Source: Catajapyx aquilonaris
Taxonomy: Eukaryota
Length of the DNA stretch: 34,629 nucleotides
Reading direction: 5' to 3'
Assembly: GCA_000934665.2 (NCBI GenBank)
Contig: KZ539064.1
Coordinates: forward strand, 1 to 34,629
Positions 1 through 11,183 of the stretch are shown here, one piece after another; within the stretch, counting starts at the first letter, position 1, and the number at the start of each line of letters is the position of its first letter. The notes under the pieces are model-generated. The model saw only the letters and a list, made by a program, of their open reading frames with translations. It was not told where the DNA came from and ran no database searches. The position numbers and the translations under genes were made by a program.

Positions 1-1691
1 GCCATAACCTGGCAACAACTGGGCGCCATCTATCAACAAAACAGTCCGCTCTCTTAGCGCCTCTCGCCTGACGCGTCTGAGCGCACCCGTTCCTTGTTTA
101 TGAACCCCCTCTAGATGGCGTTTCCGGACACGGGTTCCTATGTCAAAAATGTTTGTCTTGGTCCCCTCTATTATCCCTGAAAGTCTTTGCAGAGTTACAA
201 TAGACACCCTGTATATTACCCGGCCTGTTGTGGATCACGCAATATTTTAGGTTGTCGTCTGCTGCCGACAATATTATGCTACTACTGTATAGCTTATCGA
301 TGTAATGGTGTATTTTGATGTACCGTGTCAGTCGCTGAAGGTGACTGAAGGACTCATGTAGTATATGGTTTCCCGGCCCGGTGATATTATCTTCCATGTT
401 TTAGATCACTGAGGCTTCCATTAGGCAGATGTGAACGGCCGATTCTCATTATGGTATATAATGACTAAAAGTAAACACGCCAGACAAGCTGCAGCTTTGT
501 GCCGTCAAACATACTGTATACTTAGTTATAGATAACCATGCTGAGGAATTATTTCAACGGGAATACCGACAGTATACAATTCGTGTATCTTTCTTTGACA
601 CGTCTGAATTGAATGATTGCATCACATAGAGAGACAACTGTGCATTGCACGGGTGGTGCTGTCTATATTACATCCCGTATGATCCAGTATGTATATAGTA
701 AAGCTGATGCTGCATATACGGACCATAGGCTTCTTTCATGATGGCTGGTTGCAGTTAAATCCTTAATGGTCTTTCCTCGTTCTCTCCTTCCTTCCTCCCC
801 AACCGAGTATGTACAAGCATAATATAATTATGTGGTGTCACCCAAAAGGATGGTGCTCTTGACATGTCACAATATAAAATGTTCCCCCTCCGATTGGCGA
901 CACTATATATGCGTTGGTCGGAAGGTTCGTCCATTCATCCAGCATGGTGTCCATGATGTCCAGATGGACTTAACATGTTCCTCGTCGACATCAGACGAAG
1001 GGAAGTACGATGAAGAGGATAATACACGTGATTTGCCAATCTTCGACGTGCTGATTACAGGTTTTCATTCCCAGTGTCTGATGGTCTCCTCGTGGTGTTG
1101 GTGACGAGACTGTCAGCACATGAGAAGGGGGGAAACATATCACCGGCCCGCGATTTGGTGAATCAACAGAACCATGCATTATTATTGTGGGGCTTTAAAT
1201 TGTCGTTGCTGTAGACAGTTGGGTGTTTCTTTTCGGCCATGACTTGGAGGGAATGTTGCAGCAACACTTTCAAGGAGATAGATAGGGGTCTCCTATCGTC
1301 CATTAACTTGTATCTACGTGTATATATGGGATTATTCCTCCTTGACTCTATAAAGTCGACGGATGTATAGTTTGAAGTATATAATAGGTCCTGGAGTGTA
1401 TGCGTAGGAGGCGTCTGGGCCCTCTTATTGAAAAGGCTTCATCAGGAGGTCAACATTATTGATGCAACGAATAGAACTCTGGCGAGCATAGCAGTATTTA
1501 AGAATCAGTCAGTTAATGCATTACATAACAAGCAAGTAATGCTGAGGCACTATTCTGTGTCCAGCACATGACAATGACAAAAATCATGTGTCGTGGATAA
1601 CACTCAATAATTAAAAAATAATGTTGCAATACTTTGGATTATACATTCCGGACAAGGTCTGATGCCTTTTGCGTTTAGACACCTCTCTAAT

Positions 1692-1703
1692 ATAATAATA
1701 ATG

Positions 1704-1777
<74 letters not shown>
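1692..1777. repeat. (ATA)n microsatellite
   Basis: Near-perfect ATA run; explains the poly-Ile ORF 1662..2042. Confidence 0.97.
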
Positions 1778-3272
1778 TCATTTTCATTCATTTATAACAT
1801 CACGGCATAATCCCAGAAATCTGCGTGGGTCGACGCTTATCAATAACGTATACGTTTGCGAAATAATCAGGTCGGGTACCTGTTTCATGCCAAGCCATAT
1901 CACTGTGCCACAATGTTGCAATAACTGTATGCATTTAATTATTATGCAAATGTGTCCATCCAACTTCTCAGTTGCCGTTATTGGCCATGTAAAAAACCGA
2001 CAGGTACGACGAGGATATTTTTATGCGACGTCCGACGTGTGAATATTTGTGAAAGAGCTACTGGGTGAATGTCACAGGTAAACCTGAAGGGTGATGAGTG
2101 GCCACAGGTTTGGATTAACCCGACTGCACTTGGCGACGACACTGGTGAAGAGGCGTCTGTTAATGTCAGGCCCACTTGCAGATGCCATGCAATCATTTTG
2201 CATGCTACGACGGGCATGAAAATACCCTGCAGCATGAGAAAAATGACCAGTGTCTTATTGTCCATGCATGTTACACCTACAGATGTTCAGGCAAAAATAT
2301 GTGGTCACTGTCAGTCGAAGGAAAAGTCTCAGTCATCTGGCTCAGTTTGGCCTCCTAAGACGAGTGGGAGAAATTATATAACCAGAGTCTTGTTGGAAGC
2401 ATTGTTGACAACAACACATAATGAACTGTCCTGCACAATGGTACATGTCATGGTAAGTATTCACACAGAAAAGTAAGTTGCACGAAAGTTTTATAAACTG
2501 TGCACATTTAGGCGCAAAACAAGTGTAATGATATGTGAATGATATGATATTCACGAGTTCCATTCTCTGGCACACACGACACTCCTGACCACTTATGGGT
2601 CACAAAAATTTCACTTGCAGATTAATGACTGCATGATTTTATTTCAACCATGAATGTTTGAAACTAAAGTGACACAGATTTATCTGTCATCTGGTGTTTT
2701 CACATGGGCAGCATGCATTTGCACTTTTAAGAATGGCCCACGGGTTCAGAGTGTAGCAAAGCAGTAATGACGATGGTGCAAAACGTAAATATTTCAGTCA
2801 TTTGTTTATTGAGATTCCAATGTTTGATGCAAGATTAATTTGACCTCCCAATGATAAAGCGGCTCATGTCGGGTCCACGATGATTCCCCATTTGATATTA
2901 GGAATCGTCTACCATTGTCATTAAAGGGTTTTTAAATGGTAGGCGTCATGACTTTAATTACAATAATTTGAAACAATCAAAAAATTGCAAGTGGGCAACT
3001 TTCACACTCCAATTTTTGCATGCCAACTAGGAATCACAACCACTAAAAATACTTGTGGGTCATGACAAAACAGACCCTATAATATTATTACGCCCCACAT
3101 TAATTGGACATTCAGTTATTTCAACAGCACAGAGTGGACACAACATAAAATGACATCCCTTTGCATTCTTCCTGGGTATGTAATGGTGGGTACAGCAGAG
3201 AAAGAAAATCTGTTAAAATGTATTCCCTGCCATCAGTTTTAATATTACAAGAGAGTTTTCAAGTGTCGATTA

Positions 3273-3875
3273 TTATATGGATAAATCAATACTTCCACAA
3301 TCTTGCGGTCCATGCTTTTGGCTCAAGTGCTTCCAGAAGTTCTTGTAGTCAGCATAGACCTTCATGCAAACATGGCAAGTGAAGATCTTCTTCCCCTTCT
3401 CCCGAGTATGGGTCTGCTTGTGCTTTGTCAACAATTCGTTCTCTCCAAATGTCTTGGGACACAAGTCACACTGAAAAATTCGACCTTTATTGTGGATGAC
3501 ACTTTTGTGACTCTGTAATCCAACAAGCGACGCAAATGTCCTTCCACACATGTCGCATGCGTAGGGATGCTCTCCAGTGTGGACCCGCTCATGCTCCACT
3601 AAAGTGCTGGGATCACGGAACTCCATGGGGCAAGTGGAGCATTTGTGCGGCTTCCCCACAGTGTTGTCCACTACATGGACGACATCACGGTCTTGCTCCA
3701 AGCAAGTGGCACTGCCACTCTCCTGCTGGGCGTGATTCCCAATGTGGTTTCCAGTGTGAATAGTTTCGTGCTGCTCCAATCCTTCGGTTGAAGATGATGT
3801 CTCTCTGCGGTAATGATCAGCACTGATGCTCAGTATTTTCTTGCTTCCCACTGGAACTTCCTTTTCCTCAGAAGC
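3273..3875 (-). CDS. Terminal exon with four tandem C2H2 zinc fingers
   Basis: Open frame ASEEKEVPVGSKK...DLSI*, with canonical CxxC-x12-HxxxH spacing and a TGEHPY linker. Confidence 0.92.
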   Translation of the reverse strand, partial: ASEEKEVPVGSKKILSISADHYRRETSSSTEGLEQHETIHTGNHIGNHAQQESGSATCLEQDRDVVHVVDNTVGKPHKCSTCPMEFRDPSTLVEHERVHTGEHPYACDMCGRTFASLVGLQSHKSVIHNKGRIFQCDLCPKTFGENELLTKHKQTHTREKGKKIFTCHVCMKVYADYKNFWKHLSQKHGPQDCGSIDLSI

Positions 3876-5297
3876 CTGAAAAATGTTAAACCAGATGACG
3901 GTAGTTACAGTTACCCATCTGCATCAATCTCATAATCCGGCAACCAACATTCTATGAACATTTCTATAAACCAGTCATAATAATAACAAGAATAATTGTT
4001 CTCAGCCACTTATTATGCCCTCCCACAAAAACATGCAGGGATTTTGCTTAAATTTGCAGGGAGAAGTGTTTGCAATAACACGTCACCCTCACTGTCGTGT
4101 TTGCCTACATTGTGCGATCTTAGTTTGGAAACATCTTGAGATGGTTTGATGAAGTTATCGTCTGTTCGAACACACCATTTCATGCTGGACAGGTTACATC
4201 GTTTTTGCACAGTGTTTATATGAATTTCTGTGTGTTTATATGTGTACATTGCCTGAGTGTTTACGTGTCTGTATGTATTCAAGTCATCCTTTTCATCATC
4301 ATCCTATCCGTTATAGCCTCTGCGTGGCCTGATCAGTCACCAGAGGATTCATTATACAGGTCGTACGAGATGGCCAGGTGGATTGTACCTGGTCATCGAT
4401 GGTTACCCCATCTTGATGGGAAAATGCTGCGAGTGTAATGAATGAATGAATGAAAAGTTATAGTCTTGGACCTTCACCTGAAAAGGTAGTTTTACAATTT
4501 GTGTCTTGCTACGGACTCTTGCTTCACCTGTCTTTGCGTCCTCTTCTGGTCTCCTCTCTCATCGGGAATGGTGCGTTTGGGGGCAGGCGCTGGGACTTGA
4601 CCCAAGTCGGAGCCACTGCCACACATCCCTTCCACTCTTGTTTCCATCGCAGCAGGCTGGGCCGCTCTTACACTTTGGACTCCCTGAAACAACACACTAA
4701 AGTTTGAAACACGCTGAGCAAACATTTCTGTGCATTCACATTCCCCTCATTTCATGGCATTGCAAACTATGCTGCTCAAGTTCAATGTGGTGCTGGGTAG
4801 GCTCACGTTGCAACTAATGAAGTTGTTTGCCGTACTGCACATTCACGAGATATCATTTAAGAGTCACTCATTACTAGGGGGTTATACTGGCCAGAGTGTG
4901 GCACACAGTGTATTGAAGGTCATTTCTCTCTCATTAAACGTATGTGTACCTCTGCATGTGCTCTGTCCTGTCCAGGTCCTTCGCCAAGGGGAATAAATTC
5001 CAATGAAGGTCCAGCATCTTCCGGCAGGTCACCATCACCATGAACCAGGCTGGAGTCATCCCCGACTTGTCTCTCCTCCTCCTCCTCCTCCTCTATCGTT
5101 ATGACCACCACTCCTTGTGCCGCATCCTTCTTTGGCTGAACCACAACCTTGTCCCTGGGCCCGTGTATGAACTGGTGGCACAGGAGCTGCAGCCTGGTTC
5201 TGAAGGTGGCGTCCAGGCAGTAGACGCACCTGAACTGCCCTTCTTCGGTGGCCATCATGCTGCTTTTTGGTCCTGGTTGGGGCTGGTGGAGGCTCAT
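3273..5297 (-). CDS. C2H2 zinc-finger transcription factor, tandem paralogue copy 1 (predicted exons 5297-4950, 4683-4528, 3875-3273; ~368 aa)
   Basis: N-terminal CVYC-x13-H-x3-H finger and acidic tract. Terminal exon after tttttcag acceptor has four C2H2 fingers (CSTC..HERVH with TGEHPY linker, CDMC..HKSVIH, CDLC..HKQTH, CHVC..HLSQKH). All junctions are GT-AG and phase 0. The donor at 4949 (GTACAC) is weak and skipping of the disrupted exon at ~4118-4478 is inferred. Confidence 0.72.
4317..4456 (+). mobile_element. Short retroposed fragment with (TGAA)n tail, inserted in an exon of copy 1
   Basis: GTTATAG direct repeat at 4310-4316 and 4457-4463 (candidate TSD); aatgaatgaatgaatgaaaa tail at the 3' end. 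Confidence 0.55.
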
Positions 5298-5392
5298 CCC
5301 CTCTGCAGGTCTCCACCTGTGCACATGCCCAAACAATGTAATTCAGATGAACAACCAGGAGCCAGGCAGCATTGTTGGCTTCAGTCACTCAC

Positions 5393-5590
5393 CCGACAAC
5401 GAGAAGACTCTTCTTCAGGAGGTCCGGAGGAGGAGGAGGAAGACGAAGAAGAAAAGATGGAACAAGGCGAGACAAGCTTGGAGGGAAGATCGTATCGATC
5501 AAGACCTACCCGGCAATCGTCTATCACCTCACTAACGATACCGATAGAGTGTGTCCATCGATATCTGGCGGGATTATTCGAACCGATTCG
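5393..5590 (-). promoter_or_regulatory. Non-coding first exon and promoter of copy 1, with DRE-like sites
   Basis: GTGAGT donor at 5392. TATCGATC (~5493) and CATCGATA (~5556) are 7/8 matches to the DRE TATCGATA. The segment ccatcgatatctgg...attattcgaac is homologous to 11427-11459 upstream of copy 2. Confidence 0.5.
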
Positions 5591-6663
5591 AACTTGTGGG
5601 CCCTTCATTATAATTATTATGTATGCATAGAGTGAGGAGTTATAGAAGAGGCTGAAGAGCAATAATTAGACGATGTAGGATTACCTTGAAGCAATTTCAA
5701 AATTATCTATGAACATGCAGAATATTAGGTGGCCCAACATGACAAAAGTGAGGTCGCGGTTTAGCCTCGCTCAATTTCCAATAAATACACTGCTGACGTG
5801 ACTTCAGGATATACGTTCATTCTTCGAAAGTGACACAGAAGATTCGTCAGGACCTCCTTGCTGCTGTCCTCGCCCCTTTCCTCTGACCGGATAATATGTT
5901 TTGCTTGCCCAAATCCTGTGCACAGCCACCAGAGTTGTCTCTCTTGGAGATGGACAAACAAACATTCTTATTGCATATTGTTATCATGCTTGCATTGTGT
6001 GTACAGCACTTGGTGGCTTGCATGTGTGAAACCAACCCCTATTCATTCACCCCTGGGGGCGTGGAGGGGGCAGGGATTCACACTAGCGAAAGTCTAACAA
6101 GTCGGAGCTGCAAGCAAATCAGACTGTCACTGTGAAAGCACGTGGGATATTACAGAGGCGTTGAACAGTTCTGCGACTGCTGCAAGGTCACACATTAATT
6201 TTGTTCTATGGGTGTGCAGGCAGAAAGAGTGATCACCAGTTGCAGGCACACAGCAGGGATGAATGCTAAAGCCACAAAAATTAACACAGATTGATTTCAT
6301 GGTAAGAATATTATATGGGGCATTCCAGTACCCTCAGGAAGCGTCCAAGTCTTTATCCATATAAAATCAACTGGCACAGAAATGGTGCAACAATAAGCAA
6401 CAATGGAGTAGTACTTCACAAGTTCGTCAACTCTCCGATGTGGTTAACAAATACATATCACTTGTCTTCTATCAGGTAAAGGCAAGGTGTGTGGTGGATC
6501 ACTGGGAAATTACAGGTGCAGAAATTTTGCGACTGAGACTTCGACCTTATCCTGAATTCGTTTGCCTGCATTCTTGATGTAATCTGTTGTCGTCAGAGCC
6601 TGCAAGCAACAATTATGAGCATGGCCGAAAGCATGTTATTATTTACTGAGAGATAATAATTAC

Positions 6664-6827
6664 CTTCTATTCCTATTTTATGCCATATTGTTCCTTTGGG
6701 TCAGAGTCCGATCTGCACCATACGCTTTGAAGAGCAGTCCACAAGCATTGCACATTACATTGCCATTGTTCATTCACCACATGGATGCGGTACTTGTTAT
6801 GCAGTTGGAGCAGCACAACGGTGGTGC
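6664..6827 (-). pseudogene. Degenerate GATA-type zinc-finger exon
   Basis: Translates APPLCCSNCITSTASMW*MNNGNVMCNACGLLFKAYGADRTLTQRNNMA*NRNR, matching the GATA pattern CxNCxTxxTxLWRR..G..CNACGLYYKLHGxxRPL...QTRNRK. Bounded by an aag acceptor (6828-6829) and GTAATT donor (6663). Stops at 6774-6776 and 6678-6680. Confidence 0.85.
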
Positions 6828-6997
6828 CTTATGCAATTTTAATATATTAAGTTCTTGAGTAAATGTGTCATAACACAAGTGTGAGTCATATCTCTGTCAA
6901 GCCAGCATCACTGCAGCTTGCCTGCTCGCAAGTATACTCGAGCACTACTCTGGATGTGCAGTCATCAGCAGTCCCAACCCTCACCCTGCCTACATGG

Positions 6998-7267
6998 TTA
7001 TATCATTAATGTGCTCTTTGTTCCGTCATTCCTCCTTCCAGCAGAGTCCTGATTTGGCGGATTCATCTGACTCTTGGAGAGGAGGTGGGGTCGGATGTAT
7101 CTGATCCAGTACCACACTGTGGTGGTGCTGAGACAGAATTTCCTGGCAGTTGCTTCCAGGTTGTGACGACACGAGGAATCTCCAAACTCGAATGCGTCCA
7201 GCACCTTCCTCTTCAGGTCCATCGACTGGGTGAGGGACCCAGAGGGTTCCGCTTCCATCTGGGCAGG
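6998..7267 (-). CDS. Brinker-type HTH exon 3 of copy 2 (terminal)
   Basis: SMDLKRKVLDAFEFGDSSCRHNLEATARKFCLSTTTVWYWI resembles the Brinker DBD pattern FKLQVLESY..D.DCKGNQRATARKYNI....IQKW. Confidence 0.85.
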   Translation of the reverse strand, partial: PAQMEAEPSGSLTQSMDLKRKVLDAFEFGDSSCRHNLEATARKFCLSTTTVWYWIRYIRPHLLSKSQMNPPNQDSAGRRNDGTKSTLMI

Positions 7268-10200
7268 CTGAACGGGAAGGGAAACAAAAGCAATTCAAAT
7301 ATTGTCCAAGTTTGGCATTTGCAAAAAGTAACACACAAACGTACTTCTACATTCCTGCATATAACCCATGTTAAAACTCAATTCTTCATAGTTGTTGCGG
7401 ATCGGTTTCATCTAATTGTTATCAGAGATATTTGCTGCCAATGTTCAGTCGAACAAGTGCTTCCTTTTATTGTCTGGAAATTCCCCTCCCCCCAAATCAC
7501 TCGCTTGGTCTACCTTTGTCTCATCGCTTATTCCCTCATCAGAGTCTCGCCTTGCTTGGTCCACCTTACTCTGCCGGGCTGAGGCCATTGTTTTCGGTTC
7601 CTTCTTATTCTTTGCACTGGTTGTCTTCAGGTCATCAGCAAGGATCGTGTCCTCACTTATTCCTCCCTGCCTCTGTTCCATCATCTTAGCCCGAGCAACC
7701 CGTTTTGATCTCCTTACTCGCACTGGAACCTATTCTTAGTAACGGGTTAGCCAATTTATATTTTTTTTTGTAAAACTGTACAAGCAGTATAAATACCAGC
7801 TACACATATAATTGTTATCATAATAATATTAGTTGCCAATTTTAGGTTGAATATGCACATCCCTTGTCAATCTGGGAATCTGCATTTTTTCAGCCACTTG
7901 TTCTTTTTTCATCATCACTTTGCTTAGGTTGGTACGTACCTGACTCTGGGTAGAATGGGCAAGGAGATGGGGTTGAAGACGCCTCACCCATCGCCGTACT
8001 GTTTCTTCTGGTAGGCCAAACTCCCTTGCAGTTTCAGCGAATGTGGAATCACCTGACTTGTAGGCATGCAGCACTTTTTTCTTGAAACCCAGTGAATAAA
8101 AAGGTGACGTGCGGATCTGCAGTTTGCTTGAGTTTGGCTGCACAAGAGATAAAAAAATATCATCTCATAACTATAGAGTCTGGATTTTTAGGCCTATTTA
8201 GTTCCTTACAACAGTATGTTGTAGGGATGGTTCCGTGAAGAGATCTATCCGCTTCATAAGGGCAGGATGTGGAAAATGTAGGTTTTATAGAGCCTCAAAT
8301 GGCCTATTTCGTGGTTTTTGGGAACTTGTGGCCTTTTGTGACTTGTCTATTTGGCCTCTTTTGGGATTGTTTTTGAACTTTTTGCAGTAATTTCGGGACA
8401 TTTTGGGCCTATTCCTTATTCAGAGGCATGTTTGGTTTTTTGAATAGTTTTTTTTTTTGTGCTCCTGAAAGGACCAAAATCGTTCAGAAGTAATATTACT
8501 AATCATGTTTCCGTGACAAATACCAAATTTTTTTTTTCTAAATTTACCTCTGATAGGAAAAATATTTGGCAACATATTGTGCAAGTCTGGTGCAAGTGGA
8601 AACTGCGGCTATAAGCTGTAGAGTCCAGCAGCGCAAGTGATACTTGCTTTCACTTTATTTTGTGATTTTCTGTCAGTATATTGTTTTATTCGATTTTTGC
8701 TCTGGTTTGCGACCTCATTTTATACTTTAAGCCTATAAAATTATAATGGATTTAAAAAAATTCTGTGACATTATCCTCCATATGCCCAGGAAAGTAAACT
8801 TTTTGTGCCCATTTGAGGGTTTTTCCATGCCTACTTCGGGGTTTTCTTTGTGTCTAAAAATCCGGACTCTACTCATATAACATAACTGTCAAGTCTTTCA
8901 AGGACTGAAGCATGCAGCCGATTTATAGTCATAGTGATCTCGAGTCCTCATCCTTTTTGTTTAATAATAATAATCTGATGAGGCTTAAATTACCTCTGTC
9001 CCATTGCTTGACGTCTGATCAGCTTCTTCCTTTGGTTGGCAGGCAAGGAGGTGAGGTCGCATGGTTTCCACCCAATACCTCAGAGCAAATCTGCTTATTC
9101 CAAACTTTCTTGCAGTCGCTTTTCCATTGTGACGACATTCTGAATTGTCAAACTCGTAGACATCGAGCACCTTTTCCTTGAAGGCCAGTGAGTGGATGTG
9201 TCTTTTGTGGGTTGTCCCATTTCCAGAGGTCAGCTGCAAAAGATATTTAACAGCAGAGGAAATCTGACAAACTCAGTTGTCAAGATAACGTCACTGCTCA
9301 AGGTAGGCCTGTAGCGTAGTCTCTCTCTTTTTTTTTACATACTTTCTTCCTGTTTATGGCGTAAAATGAAACCTACCATTGTTTTTGGTTCCTTCTTCTT
9401 TGCACTGGTCGTCTTGAGGTATTCAGCAAGGATCGTGCCTCCCCGACTCTGTTCCTTCATCTTAACCCGAGCTGCCAGTTTTGATTTCCTTACTCTTGTT
9501 GGCACCTCCAACTAAACATGCAGGAATTTTACTCAAGGGGAAATTGCAAATCTGTAATCACAATAAGTCACTCCTGCTGAAGTGTGTTCTTACATTTTGA
9601 AAACTGAGATTTGAAACATCTCGAGATGGTTTTGGTGTGCTGCAGTCATCTTCTTGGATGTTGGTCTGAAAAGGAATAGTTTTAGAATTTGTGTCTTGCT
9701 GCAAACTCTCCTTTCCACCTTTCTTTGCGTCCTCTTCTGGCCTGCTCCCTCGTCTGGAATGGTGCGTTTGGTTGCGGGTTTCACAACAGCTGAGATGTCA
9801 CTCCTGTCGTCCAAGTCGGAGTCACTGCCACAAGCCTCTTCCATTGCTGTTTCCATCGCAGCTGGCTGAGCAGCTCTTACGCTGTTGACTCCCTGCAATA
9901 TAATCCGAGAGTTCAAAATAAGTTCAGTGAACTGTTCAGTCCATTTGTATTGTCCTAATTTATTGACATTCAAAACTTTGCTGCTCAAGTTGTGTGTGCT
10001 CCTAGATAAGCTTTAGCTCACCTCGCAATAATTTTAAATGAGATTATTTACTGCATATACTGTACATTATAATTCATATTACAGTCGCTCATTACTAGGG
10101 ATTACATTTAAATAGACCATACTGGCATGGCCATGCAGTATATCGACGGATGGCCATTTTCATTTCTCTGTTATTAACTGATGACCCTTACGTCCACACG

Positions 10201-11183
10201 TGCCCTGTTCCTTCCAGGCCAGCCGTCAATGGAAATGAATTCGAATGAAGGTTCAGTGTCTCCTGGCAGGCCACCATCACCTCCAGAGTTCAAGCTGGAG
10301 CCTTCCTTCCTCTCAGGCGACTGCACTTCCTGAAACCAGGCAGCAACGGTTATGACATCTCTATGCAAAGAAGGGCATGGCCTAAACACTACAGGATAAT
10401 CACACGTGGCCTACATTCAGCTGATTTGCTTCAGCCAGTTGTGCAACAGCTAGAGCTCACTGGCATTATTTGTACCGCGATTCCTCCTCTTCTGAAAGCC
10501 TCAGTGACTATCCCGTGTTGCAAAATTACCCTTGTTATTGCAGGGCATGTAAGCAACTTCAGCCTCGTGCATCCAGCCTTAATCATTTTCGTTGTCACTC
10601 TAAATTCTTTTAATTTTAATTCTCTACAAAATGTTTCTGATAACCATGCAATAAAATTGTAAGCCAGTTTTTCAACACGACTTAACTTGTCTAACGCATA
10701 CACTTGAACTCAGATCGCAATTATTGTTATGTCTGTCATGTTGTTGATATTCCCATTCCGTTGATGATAACAGGTTCAAGGATGAAAGCCCGACCCTTTG
10801 GATATTGGACTTACAAAATTGGGCCACAACCCTCCACACATTACATGCAATCTTTGGACAGCTCTACAGAACCCTGTGGTCCCAAGGGATGTGGTCGGCC
10901 ATCAAGCAGGAAAATGCGATTGAACCTGGTCGTGTACCTGATCCCCTGAGTGTCTCTCTGTCTCTGCCTCCTCCGTTGTTACGACCACCCTTCCACCGGT
11001 CCATCCTTCCTCTTCCTCCTCCTGAGGCTCGACCTTCACAGTGTCTGAAGGGCCATGGATGAACTGGTGGGCCCTCAGCTGGATCCTGGTCCTGAAGGTG
11101 GCGTCCAGGCAGTACACGCACCTGAACTCCCCTTGTTCGGTGACCATGCGGCTTGGTCCATGCTGTGGCTGGTGGAGGCTCAT
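6998..11183 (-). CDS. C2H2 plus triple Brinker-DNA-binding-domain protein, tandem paralogue copy 2 (predicted exons 11183-10938, 10329-10192, 9892-9719, 9665-9594, 9511-9377, 9233-8994, 8137-7940, 7729-7514, 7267-6998; ~562 aa)
   Basis: All nine exons are multiples of 3, GT-AG flanked, stop-free and phase 0. Boundaries are mirrored in copies 1 and 3. N-terminus MSLHQPQ..FRCVYCLDATFRTR..HQFIHGP is shared with copy 1. The donor at 7513 is the least certain. Confidence 0.75.
7940..8137 (-). CDS. Brinker-type HTH exon 2 of copy 2
   Basis: YSLGFKKKVLHAYKSGDSTFAETAREFGLPEETVRRWV; cag acceptor and GTACGT donor. Confidence 0.85.
8174..8871. mobile_element. Non-autonomous TIR element in a copy 2 intron
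   Basis: Inverted ends tagagtctggatttttag (8174) and ctaaaaatccggactcta (8871). The equivalent intron in copy 3 is only ~135 bp. No clean TSD. Confidence 0.6.
8994..9233 (-). CDS. Brinker-type HTH exon 1 of copy 2
   Basis: HSLAFKEKVLDVYEFDNSECRHNGKATARKFGISRFALRYWV; cag acceptor and GTAATT donor. Confidence 0.88.

Noticed and set aside
1662..2042. Poly-Ile ORF, and the poly-Tyr, Asn, Met and Ile ORFs at 30569-31969
   Set aside because: These are translations of trinucleotide microsatellites with no other coding signal.
6998..9233. True brinker (brk) orthologue, or N-terminus of a pogo transposase
   Set aside because: The domains are repeated, diverged and on separate exons. No CENP-B or DDE domain follows them and I see no Brinker corepressor motifs, so no gene symbol was assigned.
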